Source of the DNA: a virus
IMG/VR virus record: IMGVR_UViG_3300011445_000018
Span: 8,896 to 72,895 of that record
Reading direction: 5' to 3' (one strand)
DNA length: 64,000 nucleotides
Shown: piece by piece, positions 19,935 through 30,273 of the stretch
Layout: every line of letters begins with the position of its first letter
Numbering within the stretch: the stretch's first letter is position 1
Program-made: the position numbers and the translations under genes
Notes under the pieces: generated by a model
What the model was told of the DNA's origin: nothing
The model's input: only the letters and a program-made list of their open reading frames with translations
The model's database searches: none

Positions 19935-20797
19935 TTGTACCAAGCCACAGCATCTAAAGCAGTTGTAGGAGCGGTATTACCACCAGCGGTTGTCATTACT
20001 GCTGCCCAACTCATTGCAGTAGCGAATTCAACACCTCCGGGTCGCATCCACAAGTTCGCTGCTGATTGCGGAGGAATCGTTATCATAAATAATGGATTCG
20101 TTGTACCAACTGTTACCGATCCAGCCGCAGTGTTATAAAATTGAACATATACTGCTACGGTATTTGGATTATAAATATAATAACCATGAAGCTCTCCAGC
20201 ACTGGCTTTAATAACTTGTGCAGCATTAGTGAGAGCCGTTCCACCATCACTAGAAGTGGAATTAACAGTTGAAGAACTTTCTGTTAATTTCCTCAATTTC
20301 GCAGAAAATGATCCAGTGGCACTCGCTGCATCTGCATTAGCTCCAAATGGGTCAGTTGGTACGCGTGTTACATCTACATCTAATCCATTGGTGGCATCAC
20401 CACCAACAAGGGCACCTGCCGCAGTTATAACGGTCGTTTGTGCTCCGTTACGTAGAAACCATGCCCTTACTGCATCCCCATCCGCACTAACAGAAGCGGG
20501 GACCGCTGCACTAGCATACCCTCCAACAGGTATCGGGTTAACACCTGTTACATCAGCATCATGAGCTACGCTACCTGCTGGATTAACCAGGATGGCACTT
20601 TGATTGTTAGCAATAACAACAGGTATAGATGCTGCCATCGCAGCTTGACCGAAAGCCAAATCAGTAACAGTTTTAGCATCGTCGCTACCAGCTAAAATAC
20701 CAATAGCTACAATCTGGATGTTCTGTGCAGCATCACCGGAATAAGTGACGCTACGTGTTGCTACAGGTATACTATTTGCAGATACATTATCAGCCAT
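19931..20797 (-). CDS. virion structural protein
   Basis: GQA.MAAS.PVVIA; C-terminal IKAS.G.L.GY...N....Y..FYN....VTVGTT.P. Confidence 0.6.
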   Translation of the reverse strand: MADNVSANSIPVATRSVTYSGDAAQNIQIVAIGILAGSDDAKTVTDLAFGQAAMAASIPVVIANNQSAILVNPAGSVAHDADVTGVNPIPVGGYASAAVPASVSADGDAVRAWFLRNGAQTTVITAAGALVGGDATNGLDVDVTRVPTDPFGANADAASATGSFSAKLRKLTESSSTVNSTSSDGGTALTNAAQVIKASAGELHGYYIYNPNTVAVYVQFYNTAAGSVTVGTTNPLFMITIPPQSAANLWMRPGGVEFATAMSWAAVMTTAGGNTAPTTALDAVAWYK

Positions 20798-22124
20798 TTA
20801 TCGGTTCCTTGGTTCTGTTTGATCGCCAAAAGTTAGAACCGTAAAAAGTTATTTCACCTGTTACATTGTCTTTATGAAGAGGATAATTTTGATTAAAATG
20901 TTCAAGAATTGGTGTAAATGGACCTTGATTACCACTCATTTGGGGTCGTTCGTAAATTTGCAAATTACCAAATTTCACTTTACCTATGGGGCCACGTAGG
21001 TCGATTCCACCAGTAGTTTGGAAGTTCTCAAAGGAATTATTATCTATTTGGCCATTTATAGCTGCAATCATTAGTGCTGTGTTATCCACTTCTGCATTAA
21101 TACTCCAGAAACGATTATCAGTGAAACCGGAACCAAAAAGACATATGCCTGGACCAGCACAATTTGTTATATTTATATCAACTAAGGTATTCTCTCGAAT
21201 ACCTTCACCTGGTACCCCGTTCCCTTCAAATAGAATCACTTCATTTGCATTGGCCTCACCACCACGAATATTATCAAAATAACAATTCATAATCATCGAT
21301 CCGCGGCAGGATCCAGTTTGAAACACAATGCCACGATTTGTACCATACCACGTGCAATTAGTAACCAATATACCTTCTGCACCAGTGTTAAAGAAAGCGT
21401 GCATACCGTTTGCTGTGTGACCAACAAAATCACAATGATCCCATACACTGAGCGAAGGCACTTGTCCGGTGCTGGCTTTCTCGAATCGGCAATTCTGCAC
21501 GAGCATATTACGTGATTGAAAACATCTTATTAATTCACCACCTTTAAGCGTGCAGTTCTTAACAGTAATTTGACCTGAAAGCGTGCTAGTAGGTGGATCA
21601 AGGTAGTTATGAATATAAGTTGGCCAATCACATTCATGTGTTAAAGTTAATCCCTCAAGGAACATAGTCCCCTTAGGAATAAACATTCGTTCAGCGTACT
21701 CACCATTAGGCATCCGTAGAATAGTTGCGTGGTAGCCACTTATTTTAGTATTATTTAATACATTTAATGAACCCTTCCAAACATGCAAACCGGGCTTTAA
21801 TATCAAATCCCTACCAATATTTACAGCGTTCTGTGCATCAAATAGGGATAATCCAGGTTGAATTAATTGTGTCTTTCTAGGTCGTGTAGTAACTATATTA
21901 TTTCTAACAACTATTTCTTTATCACCAATGTTATATGTTCCAGGAGCCGCTGTTAATGGAATAGTTACTTTCCACGCCCATTGCCAATGCCAATTACCAA
22001 TGGTATAGTCACTAGGGCACCTAATGTTCCATCCAGGTGGAACAACAGGTTGCGAAGTGTCTACACCACTTGGGAACCAGAAATATACAGTGCTACCAGG
22101 GGTAGCCTCACGCGATGTATACAT
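20790..22124 (-). CDS. right-handed parallel beta-helix protein (pectate-lyase-like, possible depolymerase)
   Basis: Repeated V.NC.F / ITNC.GPGI coils. Confidence 0.65.
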   Translation of the reverse strand: MYTSREATPGSTVYFWFPSGVDTSQPVVPPGWNIRCPSDYTIGNWHWQWAWKVTIPLTAAPGTYNIGDKEIVVRNNIVTTRPRKTQLIQPGLSLFDAQNAVNIGRDLILKPGLHVWKGSLNVLNNTKISGYHATILRMPNGEYAERMFIPKGTMFLEGLTLTHECDWPTYIHNYLDPPTSTLSGQITVKNCTLKGGELIRCFQSRNMLVQNCRFEKASTGQVPSLSVWDHCDFVGHTANGMHAFFNTGAEGILVTNCTWYGTNRGIVFQTGSCRGSMIMNCYFDNIRGGEANANEVILFEGNGVPGEGIRENTLVDINITNCAGPGICLFGSGFTDNRFWSINAEVDNTALMIAAINGQIDNNSFENFQTTGGIDLRGPIGKVKFGNLQIYERPQMSGNQGPFTPILEHFNQNYPLHKDNVTGEITFYGSNFWRSNRTKEPING

Positions 22125-22561
22125 TAGGCAAATGTAACAGTAATGGCACCAGCAGCGATTTCAGCGGTATCACCGCTATCAATTGTTCGCGACGTAGTGA
22201 CTGGTGTGTAAAATAACATATTGCCAGCGTCATAGGTCGCACTGTCAACGATCGCTAGATCGGTAACGGTTCCCCAACTCGCTGTGGCAGCAGCAAATGT
22301 AATAGCGGCAGCATTATCAGTTTGACCATCACCGCCCGCTGTTGCTGTCCAATTAGCATCTAGCGGATTGCGTGCTACGCGTGCATACGCACCAGCATTA
22401 GCAACCTCAGTACCTGATCCGGTACTGAATTGACCTATACCGGCATCATTGGTTGCGGCCGTTAGAAGGGCGATCGCTAGGACAGTTGGCTTGGTAAAGC
22501 TACCCGTTCTGAAGATATGCTTAATAAGCTCATCTTCCAAATAGTCTGACATTTCGCTCAT
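22124..22561 (-). CDS. small tail-fibre-associated structural protein
   Basis: MSDYLE..LI.H.FR...YARVA...N...ITF..AT.SWGTVT...D....GN.L. Confidence 0.75.
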   Translation of the reverse strand: MSEMSDYLEDELIKHIFRTGSFTKPTVLAIALLTAATNDAGIGQFSTGSGTEVANAGAYARVARNPLDANWTATAGGDGQTDNAAAITFAAATASWGTVTDLAIVDSATYDAGNMLFYTPVTTSRTIDSGDTAEIAAGAITVTFA

Positions 22562-22976
22562 TTTTTAGTTCCTGTATAGGGCTGTCAAGAATCAAATCCT
22601 TACGCACTTGTCCACTTTTTATTGCAATCATGGCATTTTTGATAAAAGTATCGGCCCGCGTACCATAGAGCCATACTTCAACTACATAGTTCTTAGCGTC
22701 CACGTAACACATACGTTTGTCACCGACCGGTGCATTTATCAGTAGGCTTGCATGTGCAAGTTTTAACACCTCTGAATGGAATTGTTCCTCTTCGGTTAAA
22801 TCACCCTCAACAACACGCAAACCATTTTCATAAAAAGTAACCTTTCTTTTTAATATGATACGCTGTGCCATTACCTTGCTTTTTGATCCAACCGAAACAT
22901 CTCCACTATGCTCACGCATCCTACGCAACAGACGCGATGGACGCATAACACCAGGCAATAACATTATTTTAGGCAT
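22530..22976 (-). CDS. hypothetical protein
   Basis: Fills the operon gap; probable start MPKIM. Confidence 0.5.
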   Translation of the reverse strand: MPKIMLLPGVMRPSRLLRRMREHSGDVSVGSKSKVMAQRIILKRKVTFYENGLRVVEGDLTEEEQFHSEVLKLAHASLLINAPVGDKRMCYVDAKNYVVEVWLYGTRADTFIKNAMIAIKSGQVRKDLILDSPIQELKNERNVRLFGR

Positions 22977-23805
22977 AATCAAATTTCTCCATAACGCTTT
23001 TATGATCATCTTTAATTTTATCAGATTGCATAGATGTTAAATGCTCTTTCCACTGACCAGCTTTACCTGATCGAAAGAAATGTTTATTTTTACCCTTTTC
23101 AATAAATCCTACCTTATCTTCTTGGAAGCGGAGATTTTCAAAAGAACTTTGTTCCAAAGCGAAATGCAACCGTTCCTCAAGATTATCGTTACGTGTTAAT
23201 TCAAAATATATTAATATTTGGTCAAAAACTTTCAATGGATCATCAAGTATGTCCTCAAATCGTACCACAAGGGTCGGAACGTTATTATTAATAAGTGTCC
23301 ATGTTTCAACGTGCTTGGACCATGAAAGTACCAGACTAGTCATATGTAATTCATCTACTAATCCCTGTTGGGGATTATTCATGAATTCTATTGTTTGGTC
23401 TATTGTCATTCCTAAATGGTGTGAAAGACTTATGCAAACGTCTCTCGGATCGCGTATAATATAAATTGCATTTTTACTTAAAGCTGTTGGTATGGTTTCA
23501 AAACCATTTAATACTACTTTTGCATTATGTGTTTTGAAACATACGTCAATTGTTGGCGATATTTTCAATTTGTTCAATAGTAAAGCTGGCCTATAAATAA
23601 AGAACTCTCCAACAGATAACTTCTCTACGCATGTTGGACACATCATTTGCAACATGCACATATCATTATCTCTTTGCACATGTTGATAAGCACTATTTAT
23701 ATTTAAGGGAAATTTCGTTATAAAAGCATTCAGAAACATTCTTATCCAAGTATTACCACTTTTTGGATAACTAGCTAACCATGATATCCTACTTGCGTCA
23801 GCCAT
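22969..23805 (-). CDS. PAPS-dependent sulfotransferase (Sulfotransfer_1)
   Basis: 5'-PSB motif ASYPKSGNTW, KTH, 3'-PB motif RDPRDV..S, C-terminal FFRSG..GQW. Confidence 0.92.
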   Translation of the reverse strand: MADASRISWLASYPKSGNTWIRMFLNAFITKFPLNINSAYQHVQRDNDMCMLQMMCPTCVEKLSVGEFFIYRPALLLNKLKISPTIDVCFKTHNAKVVLNGFETIPTALSKNAIYIIRDPRDVCISLSHHLGMTIDQTIEFMNNPQQGLVDELHMTSLVLSWSKHVETWTLINNNVPTLVVRFEDILDDPLKVFDQILIYFELTRNDNLEERLHFALEQSSFENLRFQEDKVGFIEKGKNKHFFRSGKAGQWKEHLTSMQSDKIKDDHKSVMEKFDYA

Positions 23806-25051
23806 ACAATTTCTCACCTTCAAATTCCAATGATACATCAGTTGTAAAACGACTAGTATTAACAAAATCGATAGGGTTTGTTAATAATCTCACTTTCCAT
23901 ACCTCGCCTTTATGATTTGTTAATCTTATATAATCTGAATTATAATATTTGAAAAATTCCTTTACCTCCCTAGCTTTGTAAACATTAAGAATGCGGAACG
24001 TGTAATTGAGACGCCTGTTTTTGTTTGTTTTAACGAACGTTACGGTTCCACCGTCCATCGTACGTTTCAAATTCATTTCACTGACGAGATTCTCTGTATC
24101 ACCGAACAGTGGACAGGGTAAAACGATTGATGTCTGAAGAAAATCAAATGGAGCCTGTAATACTACATGACAATCTTGGTCAACTGTGGTACTGTACGCT
24201 ATGCTATTAAAAACCAAGGTACTAGTAGCAGTTGGGAAATCAATATGGCCTGGATTAGTATTTTGTGATAATTGTAACAGGTTACTTGCACTGAGGTTGA
24301 CAACAATATTACCAACAACATTTTGACTTAAAATTAATGTGTTACTCGCATCCTCGAAAATACCACCTATGACGCCGATCGCTTGATTGGTTAAATTAAG
24401 GGCACTGAACGCTAATCTTGATTCATTTATGCTTTGAGTAAAAGTTATAACATTGATCGCTGAAACAGCGGGCAGAACATGTTGGAAGAGAACGAATTGT
24501 TGGAGTAGATCAAGGGCACTGCTCGCTGAACGCTGTGTTATTTCTAGTGTTGTGGCATTTTGTGTTAATGTTAGGGTTGATGAAGGGGCTGGGTTGAGTT
24601 CGCTTTCAAATGTTACGGATTGTGTTAAAGATAACGTGTTACCAGTTCGTATTGCTAATTGTGTTGCACTTTGACTAAATGATATTGTATTGCTTGCACT
24701 TAATATATTTGTATCGAAAAATGTATTAAGCGTTCCTGATACATTTATTTGGGCTGCAACGAATTCCTTTATCTGTGTTAGGTTCGCGACCACTAAAGCA
24801 GTGGTATTTATGGCCCCTATTAATCTATTAACGGTATATTTAACATTTGCCGTTACATTTGCATTAGCTGTTACATTTGCTTCTAATTGCTGTATTGCTT
24901 GAAATGGTATAAGAACTTGTACAATAACCGCTGAAGCTCTTGCTTTACCGCCAGTTACGACTGCTTGAGCGGTCGTAGATGTACTTCTAGCATTACCGCC
25001 TTGCGATAATACCTCGCTGACAACTGATGTTGCTCTTGATTCATTGGCCAC
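23798..25051 (-). CDS. virion structural protein (paralog of 714..2069)
   Basis: AS..L.L.Q repeats and the shared C-terminal domain ending EFEG. Confidence 0.6.
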   Translation of the reverse strand: MANESRATSVVSEVLSQGGNARSTSTTAQAVVTGGKARASAVIVQVLIPFQAIQQLEANVTANANVTANVKYTVNRLIGAINTTALVVANLTQIKEFVAAQINVSGTLNTFFDTNILSASNTISFSQSATQLAIRTGNTLSLTQSVTFESELNPAPSSTLTLTQNATTLEITQRSASSALDLLQQFVLFQHVLPAVSAINVITFTQSINESRLAFSALNLTNQAIGVIGGIFEDASNTLILSQNVVGNIVVNLSASNLLQLSQNTNPGHIDFPTATSTLVFNSIAYSTTVDQDCHVVLQAPFDFLQTSIVLPCPLFGDTENLVSEMNLKRTMDGGTVTFVKTNKNRRLNYTFRILNVYKAREVKEFFKYYNSDYIRLTNHKGEVWKVRLLTNPIDFVNTSRFTTDVSLEFEGEKLYG

Positions 25052-26160
25052 TACGCCACCTTAATACCGAACTCCGCCGCATCCACGGCCGCAGGTAGCC
25101 ACGCGGCTGACGTATCTGGATCAACTTCAAAAATACCAGCTTTAGCAGTATAGGATGTTGTCATACCTATTGCAGCACTATCGGCTTCTGTACCATTACT
25201 TCGAGCCACTGTTTTAAGGTCAGCAGCCCCGACATCTACTTTCTTACCTAGAACTTTAACACAAACGGCTTTAACTGTTACAACAGCGGCGGGTAGATTT
25301 TCGTATGCATAGGTATCTTTGTTTGTAGTAGTTGGGCTTTCCACATAAGTGGAATCGTCATCTGGTACACCATCATCATCTACCAAGAGATAATTATCAG
25401 TGCTATCGGCATCTGAACCAACAAATTGAGAACTATTACCATTGCCCGTTGGTATTAGTTGTTTGACTTGTACATCGCCCAAGAAATCATTATTAACAGA
25501 GCCGCTTGTATCAGCGATATAAAGATCATCAAAATCAATTGATGGAACGGTGGTCACTGGTATAGTTGATCCTATGACCAGGGCCGTTACACCATTATCA
25601 TTCAGAAGAGTATCTTTACCAGTTGCAGCTAGCTCTGATACACCATTTATGCATATTTCAATCGTACCAGTGGAATTATGAGAAAAGAACTTCAGTTCTA
25701 CATAGTACCAATTGCCAGCGACCAAGACAGTGGAAGTTGCTCCTACACCAGAAAAGTTCGTGAATGCACCGCCCGAGCGAAAGCCTGGTACTATTTGTTT
25801 CGAGCTATTAATAGCCAAAAGAATATTATACTGACTATCACCGGTACCACTAGCAGAAAGAATTCCCGCAAAGACTGCGAATCCGCTTTCATTAAAAGTG
25901 TTGACTTTAATAGCAAAACCAACAATAATGGTGCTACCACCAGCCAAGCCACTGCTAAAACTTTTTCCTTGAATGTTATTTGGCGTTTCATCATTGGTCG
26001 CTGTTCCAGGAACGATACGTAAACATTTATCCCCATTACGACCTGTTTGGATTGTTTGGGTCATGGTCCCAACGGGCTGAACATCACTGAATGCACTATA
26101 TGCACCCGGCAAATCAGCCGTTTCTAACCAATCAAAGCCTTCTACTAGCTTAAGTGCCAC
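25051..26160 (-). CDS. concanavalin-A/LamG-like structural protein
   Basis: EGFD; W.YVELK....G..E..ING; FDDLYI.D. Confidence 0.6.
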   Translation of the reverse strand: MALKLVEGFDWLETADLPGAYSAFSDVQPVGTMTQTIQTGRNGDKCLRIVPGTATNDETPNNIQGKSFSSGLAGGSTIIVGFAIKVNTFNESGFAVFAGILSASGTGDSQYNILLAINSSKQIVPGFRSGGAFTNFSGVGATSTVLVAGNWYYVELKFFSHNSTGTIEICINGVSELAATGKDTLLNDNGVTALVIGSTIPVTTVPSIDFDDLYIADTSGSVNNDFLGDVQVKQLIPTGNGNSSQFVGSDADSTDNYLLVDDDGVPDDDSTYVESPTTTNKDTYAYENLPAAVVTVKAVCVKVLGKKVDVGAADLKTVARSNGTEADSAAIGMTTSYTAKAGIFEVDPDTSAAWLPAAVDAAEFGIKVA

Positions 26161-27805
26161 GTTTTTCCTCTTTACTTGCGTTTGCTACACCACCTAGTTC
26201 CGGCGTTCCGCGTGCTTGGGCCTGACTCTCAGCGATCCTTTTAACGCGATCAGCGTGCTCTGTTTTAGCTTTCTCTACTACCCCTTCGGGATAACCCTTG
26301 GCTTTGCTCGCTGTTTCAGCGTCAATCAAACCAAGTTCGATGTCACTTTTGAGTTCTTCGCTATCACCAATAATAACACTTGCTTCCTCTACCTCTTTGT
26401 TAATCTTATCAAGTGTTTCTTTTGATATATTTGGTCCAATTAACGTGTTCGCTGTTATTTTGAATACCTCTTTTTTATATGTAATTGATGGATGACTTTT
26501 AGCGGATTCCTTTAGATCTTTTGCCTCATCACGCCGCTCTTTATCGTTTTGGAGAGTGTATTTCTCAGGATATTTAACAGTTGGTACAACGCCCTTACGA
26601 TCCTCGTACCATTGCCAATATTTAGCTATCCTACGTTCACCGTGTTCTAGTTCCAAAGCAATAGCGGAAAGACCGGCTTCAAGACTTCGTTCATCAAAGC
26701 TCTTACTTTCACCTGATGCCATTTTAGGGGTTAGATTAGAAACATTAAGCTTAACGAGCATTCTTATATCTCGTTTAAGCTCATCTTGTTTCTGCATACT
26801 AGCTAGCAAGGGTGCTGTTGGCGGAGCGATGAACTCCGGCATCATCAGACCAAGAGGTATTCGTCTACCTGTGGTTGTTCCTACCTCGATTTCGTATTCC
26901 TTAGCAGCAACACTATCTTTTCGTTCACCGCTTTCAACGATCGTTACATCGCTACCAGCAGGTCGTCGATAAAGGTTATCAACTCGTGGATCGTATTGCT
27001 CAACATAGAAGGGAAAGTTACTTTTAAGAGCGTAGGCAATATCACTACTAGCGAGATTGAGGAGGGCAATCTGATAATTAGCTATGTTCTTTAACAAACT
27101 ATGCGGAAGCTCAAATGTAACAAATGGAATCTCAGGTAAATTGATAAATTTAGGCTCTTTAATCAATTTGTAATTATTATCATAATAATTAACAACTACC
27201 TGACCATCCATCAAGCGGAAAAGTCTCAATTCTTCTATACAATTATCAGGTAGGCCGAATTCATTATATGTATGAACATAATTACGTAATAGAACCATTT
27301 TATAGGTATCGGAATAGGGATCTTTTTCCCAATTGATAATATCCTCAGCCTTATAGTGATAAATATATGGTTGAATGTCTCTCTGATCTCTAAGAGTAAT
27401 TGTACCATTTAGTTCACTATTATCAATGAACACGCCAACTCGTTTCATGGTCGTTAATTCCGTCAATATGACGCGACCTATGAAACTATTCATCGTCGTA
27501 CCGGCTAAATCAATACCTTTACCTATGCCGCGTACTGCTTCGTTATAATTAACACTTCCACCAGTGCGTGTTACATCGGATATGCGTTGAAAAATACTAT
27601 CCTTAACTTCATCGACCGCTGCTGCAGCGAACGCTGGAACATAACTAATGCATTTGCGTTCAGCGAACTCTGGATCGCTTTCACGACTACTGAATTTCTT
27701 CAGATAACGCTCAATGAATTCGTCACCGGCTTCATAAGTGAGACGCCACTTACACCAGTCAACTTCATCGCGTTCGTAATCAGGATGCTTGATGTCGTCT
27801 ATCAC
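26150..27805 (-). CDS. portal protein
   Basis: 551 aa directly after the large terminase; HPDY...W.......G...YL.....E...F..R, IINW, IPFV, SGE.K..D. Confidence 0.85.
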   Translation of the reverse strand: MIDDIKHPDYERDEVDWCKWRLTYEAGDEFIERYLKKFSSRESDPEFAERKCISYVPAFAAAAVDEVKDSIFQRISDVTRTGGSVNYNEAVRGIGKGIDLAGTTMNSFIGRVILTELTTMKRVGVFIDNSELNGTITLRDQRDIQPYIYHYKAEDIINWEKDPYSDTYKMVLLRNYVHTYNEFGLPDNCIEELRLFRLMDGQVVVNYYDNNYKLIKEPKFINLPEIPFVTFELPHSLLKNIANYQIALLNLASSDIAYALKSNFPFYVEQYDPRVDNLYRRPAGSDVTIVESGERKDSVAAKEYEIEVGTTTGRRIPLGLMMPEFIAPPTAPLLASMQKQDELKRDIRMLVKLNVSNLTPKMASGESKSFDERSLEAGLSAIALELEHGERRIAKYWQWYEDRKGVVPTVKYPEKYTLQNDKERRDEAKDLKESAKSHPSITYKKEVFKITANTLIGPNISKETLDKINKEVEEASVIIGDSEELKSDIELGLIDAETASKAKGYPEGVVEKAKTEHADRVKRIAESQAQARGTPELGGVANASKEEKRGT

Positions 27806-29445
27806 TATAACCTACTATTAACATTGTGCGAGTAGCCAATGGACGCTGCGAGCGGGAGAGCTATTTCGCTATAATTGCGTGAATGGGCAAAGTGATCATC
27901 ACTACTACCAGCTTTGACATATTTACCAACAGGGTTGCCATCTACATCTTTCTCATAGATGCGAACCAGGGACATTATATGTCTTTTGAACTCCCTTGGA
28001 ATATCTTTCGGTAGAATGATGGTACCAGTTTTAAAGCGGCTCTGACTCATATCAAGCCAACTGGTACGATCAACATTAACCGTTAATTCCTCACGATTGA
28101 CATTCAATTGCTTGCCAGTGATGCCACGTGCGTAGGTACATAGATGCACCCGGCCCCAGTGGCGTGTTGCGAACTCAAAAGCTTTACGGCGTTCAGGTTG
28201 CATATCAATTATACAACTTGTGACGTTGTATTTGTTCATCAAGTCGTCTAATTGAAAGAAATCCACTGCTTTACCGACCGCTATAACTTGCGGTCTGCTT
28301 TCAGTATTAAAATCCGCAGTTGTACCACCAATGTTCCATTTCTCTATTACATAGTGTAGATATGTTCCTACGTCTACACCCATTGTTGTTAAGCCGTTAC
28401 TATTAACAGTTAGCGTTATGTAGTCACCGATGCAACCGTCAATATCTTGCTCGTTAACTTTAGCTCCGTCTACAACGTGCGGTTGGCCTAATTTGCTGTT
28501 AAAGAATTCCTGTTCATCTGCTGGGTTGCTTTGTGCCCTGAAATAAGATTGAACGATATTGGATGGATGGACGGTGGAACTATACAACTGATTAATGCCC
28601 CAACCAGCAACATCTTTATCCTGGAATTGCGGAATCCACCTACCGGTGGATAACCAATTGGCTTTTGTCTCTTGGGGTAGTACGTTGTTGCACAACGTAC
28701 ATTTCAGGGTACTCTTCTTTGTTTCTGGGTCATCATGGTCATCTCCGACGATCACAATGCTCTCTGGCCATGTTAAATTTATATATTTACTACAGGAGGG
28801 ACATTTGAAGAAGAATTCATTTTGCGTACTGTTCTTAAATGTCTCATTTATGCCGAAATTATCAATTGTTGGAGTGGATATTTCCCAAGTCTTGTGAATG
28901 TTGTACCCTGATTGCCGTTCGCGAGCCAATGGTATGTTTTCTTGATTCATTTCGTCTTTCTCATCAAGAATTAACACGCCCACCGGTACGCTTTTCAATC
29001 CAGACCGTGACTTGGCACCACGGATGTAAAGATTTGTGTTCCCCGCACGCTTGTGACCCACATTTTTAACATCACTGAACATTTTCCTTAAATGTGGGCT
29101 TAATTCCAAGGCTGGATCAAAGCGTGCAGCGGAAAAGTCACTAGCGTCCGGCGTTTTAGAGGGTAAAACATACAAACAATCGACCTGATGTATGTCAATA
29201 TAGAAAAAAACCACGTTTAAGACAGTCTCAGTGAAACCCATTTGGGCGGCTTTCTGACCTACATTCAAATCATAGTCCGACATGTGCATATCAAGGAGCC
29301 AGGGATGCCTTCTAAAGCTCCAGGGACCCTCGAACGGTCTACCAAGGACGCGGTATTCGCTCGCCCATTTAGCCGCAGAGATTATACTCTTGCGTCTTAG
29401 GGCACTTGATACTCGCTCAGTTAATAGGGTTGCTAGCTCGTGCAT
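27805..29445 (-). CDS. terL: terminase large subunit, lambda gpA family
   Basis: K.AQMGFTE Walker A, LILDE.D Walker B, ISTPT, CP.C..C..C, GVDVG nuclease, DH..H. Confidence 0.93.
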   Translation of the reverse strand: MHELATLLTERVSSALRRKSIISAAKWASEYRVLGRPFEGPWSFRRHPWLLDMHMSDYDLNVGQKAAQMGFTETVLNVVFFYIDIHQVDCLYVLPSKTPDASDFSAARFDPALELSPHLRKMFSDVKNVGHKRAGNTNLYIRGAKSRSGLKSVPVGVLILDEKDEMNQENIPLARERQSGYNIHKTWEISTPTIDNFGINETFKNSTQNEFFFKCPSCSKYINLTWPESIVIVGDDHDDPETKKSTLKCTLCNNVLPQETKANWLSTGRWIPQFQDKDVAGWGINQLYSSTVHPSNIVQSYFRAQSNPADEQEFFNSKLGQPHVVDGAKVNEQDIDGCIGDYITLTVNSNGLTTMGVDVGTYLHYVIEKWNIGGTTADFNTESRPQVIAVGKAVDFFQLDDLMNKYNVTSCIIDMQPERRKAFEFATRHWGRVHLCTYARGITGKQLNVNREELTVNVDRTSWLDMSQSRFKTGTIILPKDIPREFKRHIMSLVRIYEKDVDGNPVGKYVKAGSSDDHFAHSRNYSEIALPLAASIGYSHNVNSRL

Positions 29446-29473
29446 TATTCAAAGGTAAATAAGGAACTGTGCA

Positions 29474-30031
29474 TTATTCCTCAGCGATGGTTTCAATCCG
29501 ACGTGTACTTTCTAACATTTTCTCGGATATGCTTTCAATAACGTTCGGATCATCAATATGGACCGATATAATTTGAACGAATTCCCCGGCTAATTGAATA
29601 ATAGCTCGTTTTGATAGAAGGAGACCCATTCGGCCTTCTAATTTGTCACAACTAACAACCAGCTTTTCTATTTTGATAATCAAGTCTGATATTCGATGAC
29701 TAGCCATTAAAATATCAGTGGCATCTTCACATCTATTAATAGTTTCCTCAACGCACATCCTAAGGATACCTATTTCCTCCCTTAGGCTTTTTATTTGTTC
29801 GCTGTCCGCTAAAGCGTATATGCGTTCCTTGAACCTCCTCAATTGATAGTTACGTTTTATTTCATTTTGAATATGTATTTCACTTTTATTATGACCATGC
29901 ATTGGACAATAATTAGTGCCCTCTGCTTTATTAAACGGGCATTGCCCATTTAGAACCATACCCTCGCAACGTAATATCGGTTCATGGATATTAGGGTCAT
30001 GTCTTTCATATTTATTATCAATAACTATCAT
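29474..30031 (-). CDS. putative terminase small subunit
   Basis: N-terminal C..C..C..H zinc motif, then SLREEIG.LR; directly upstream of terL. Confidence 0.65.
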   Translation of the reverse strand: MIVIDNKYERHDPNIHEPILRCEGMVLNGQCPFNKAEGTNYCPMHGHNKSEIHIQNEIKRNYQLRRFKERIYALADSEQIKSLREEIGILRMCVEETINRCEDATDILMASHRISDLIIKIEKLVVSCDKLEGRMGLLLSKRAIIQLAGEFVQIISVHIDDPNVIESISEKMLESTRRIETIAEE

Positions 30032-30273
30032 CCTGCCTGCTCCATTAGATCATCTAGATCTTCGTCACTTGCTTTAGATAAAGCATCACAAATTTCATCG
30101 GCTTTTTTTAAATGGTCGGGTACACCTTTTTTACGCAAAGCCCTATTTATTTTGAAAAATACCAATGGTCCAGGCCGTCGGAGATTACGTTTGGTATTTT
30201 CACGCCCTTCATTATTAATACATTCCATAATAAAAGGTAAGAACACTGGGATAAGTTCAATTAACCATGACAT
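30028..30273 (-). CDS. small protein with hydrophobic N-terminus
   Basis: MSWLIELIPVFLPFIMEC; coupled on both sides. Confidence 0.5.
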   Translation of the reverse strand: MSWLIELIPVFLPFIMECINNEGRENTKRNLRRPGPLVFFKINRALRKKGVPDHLKKADEICDALSKASDEDLDDLMEQAG

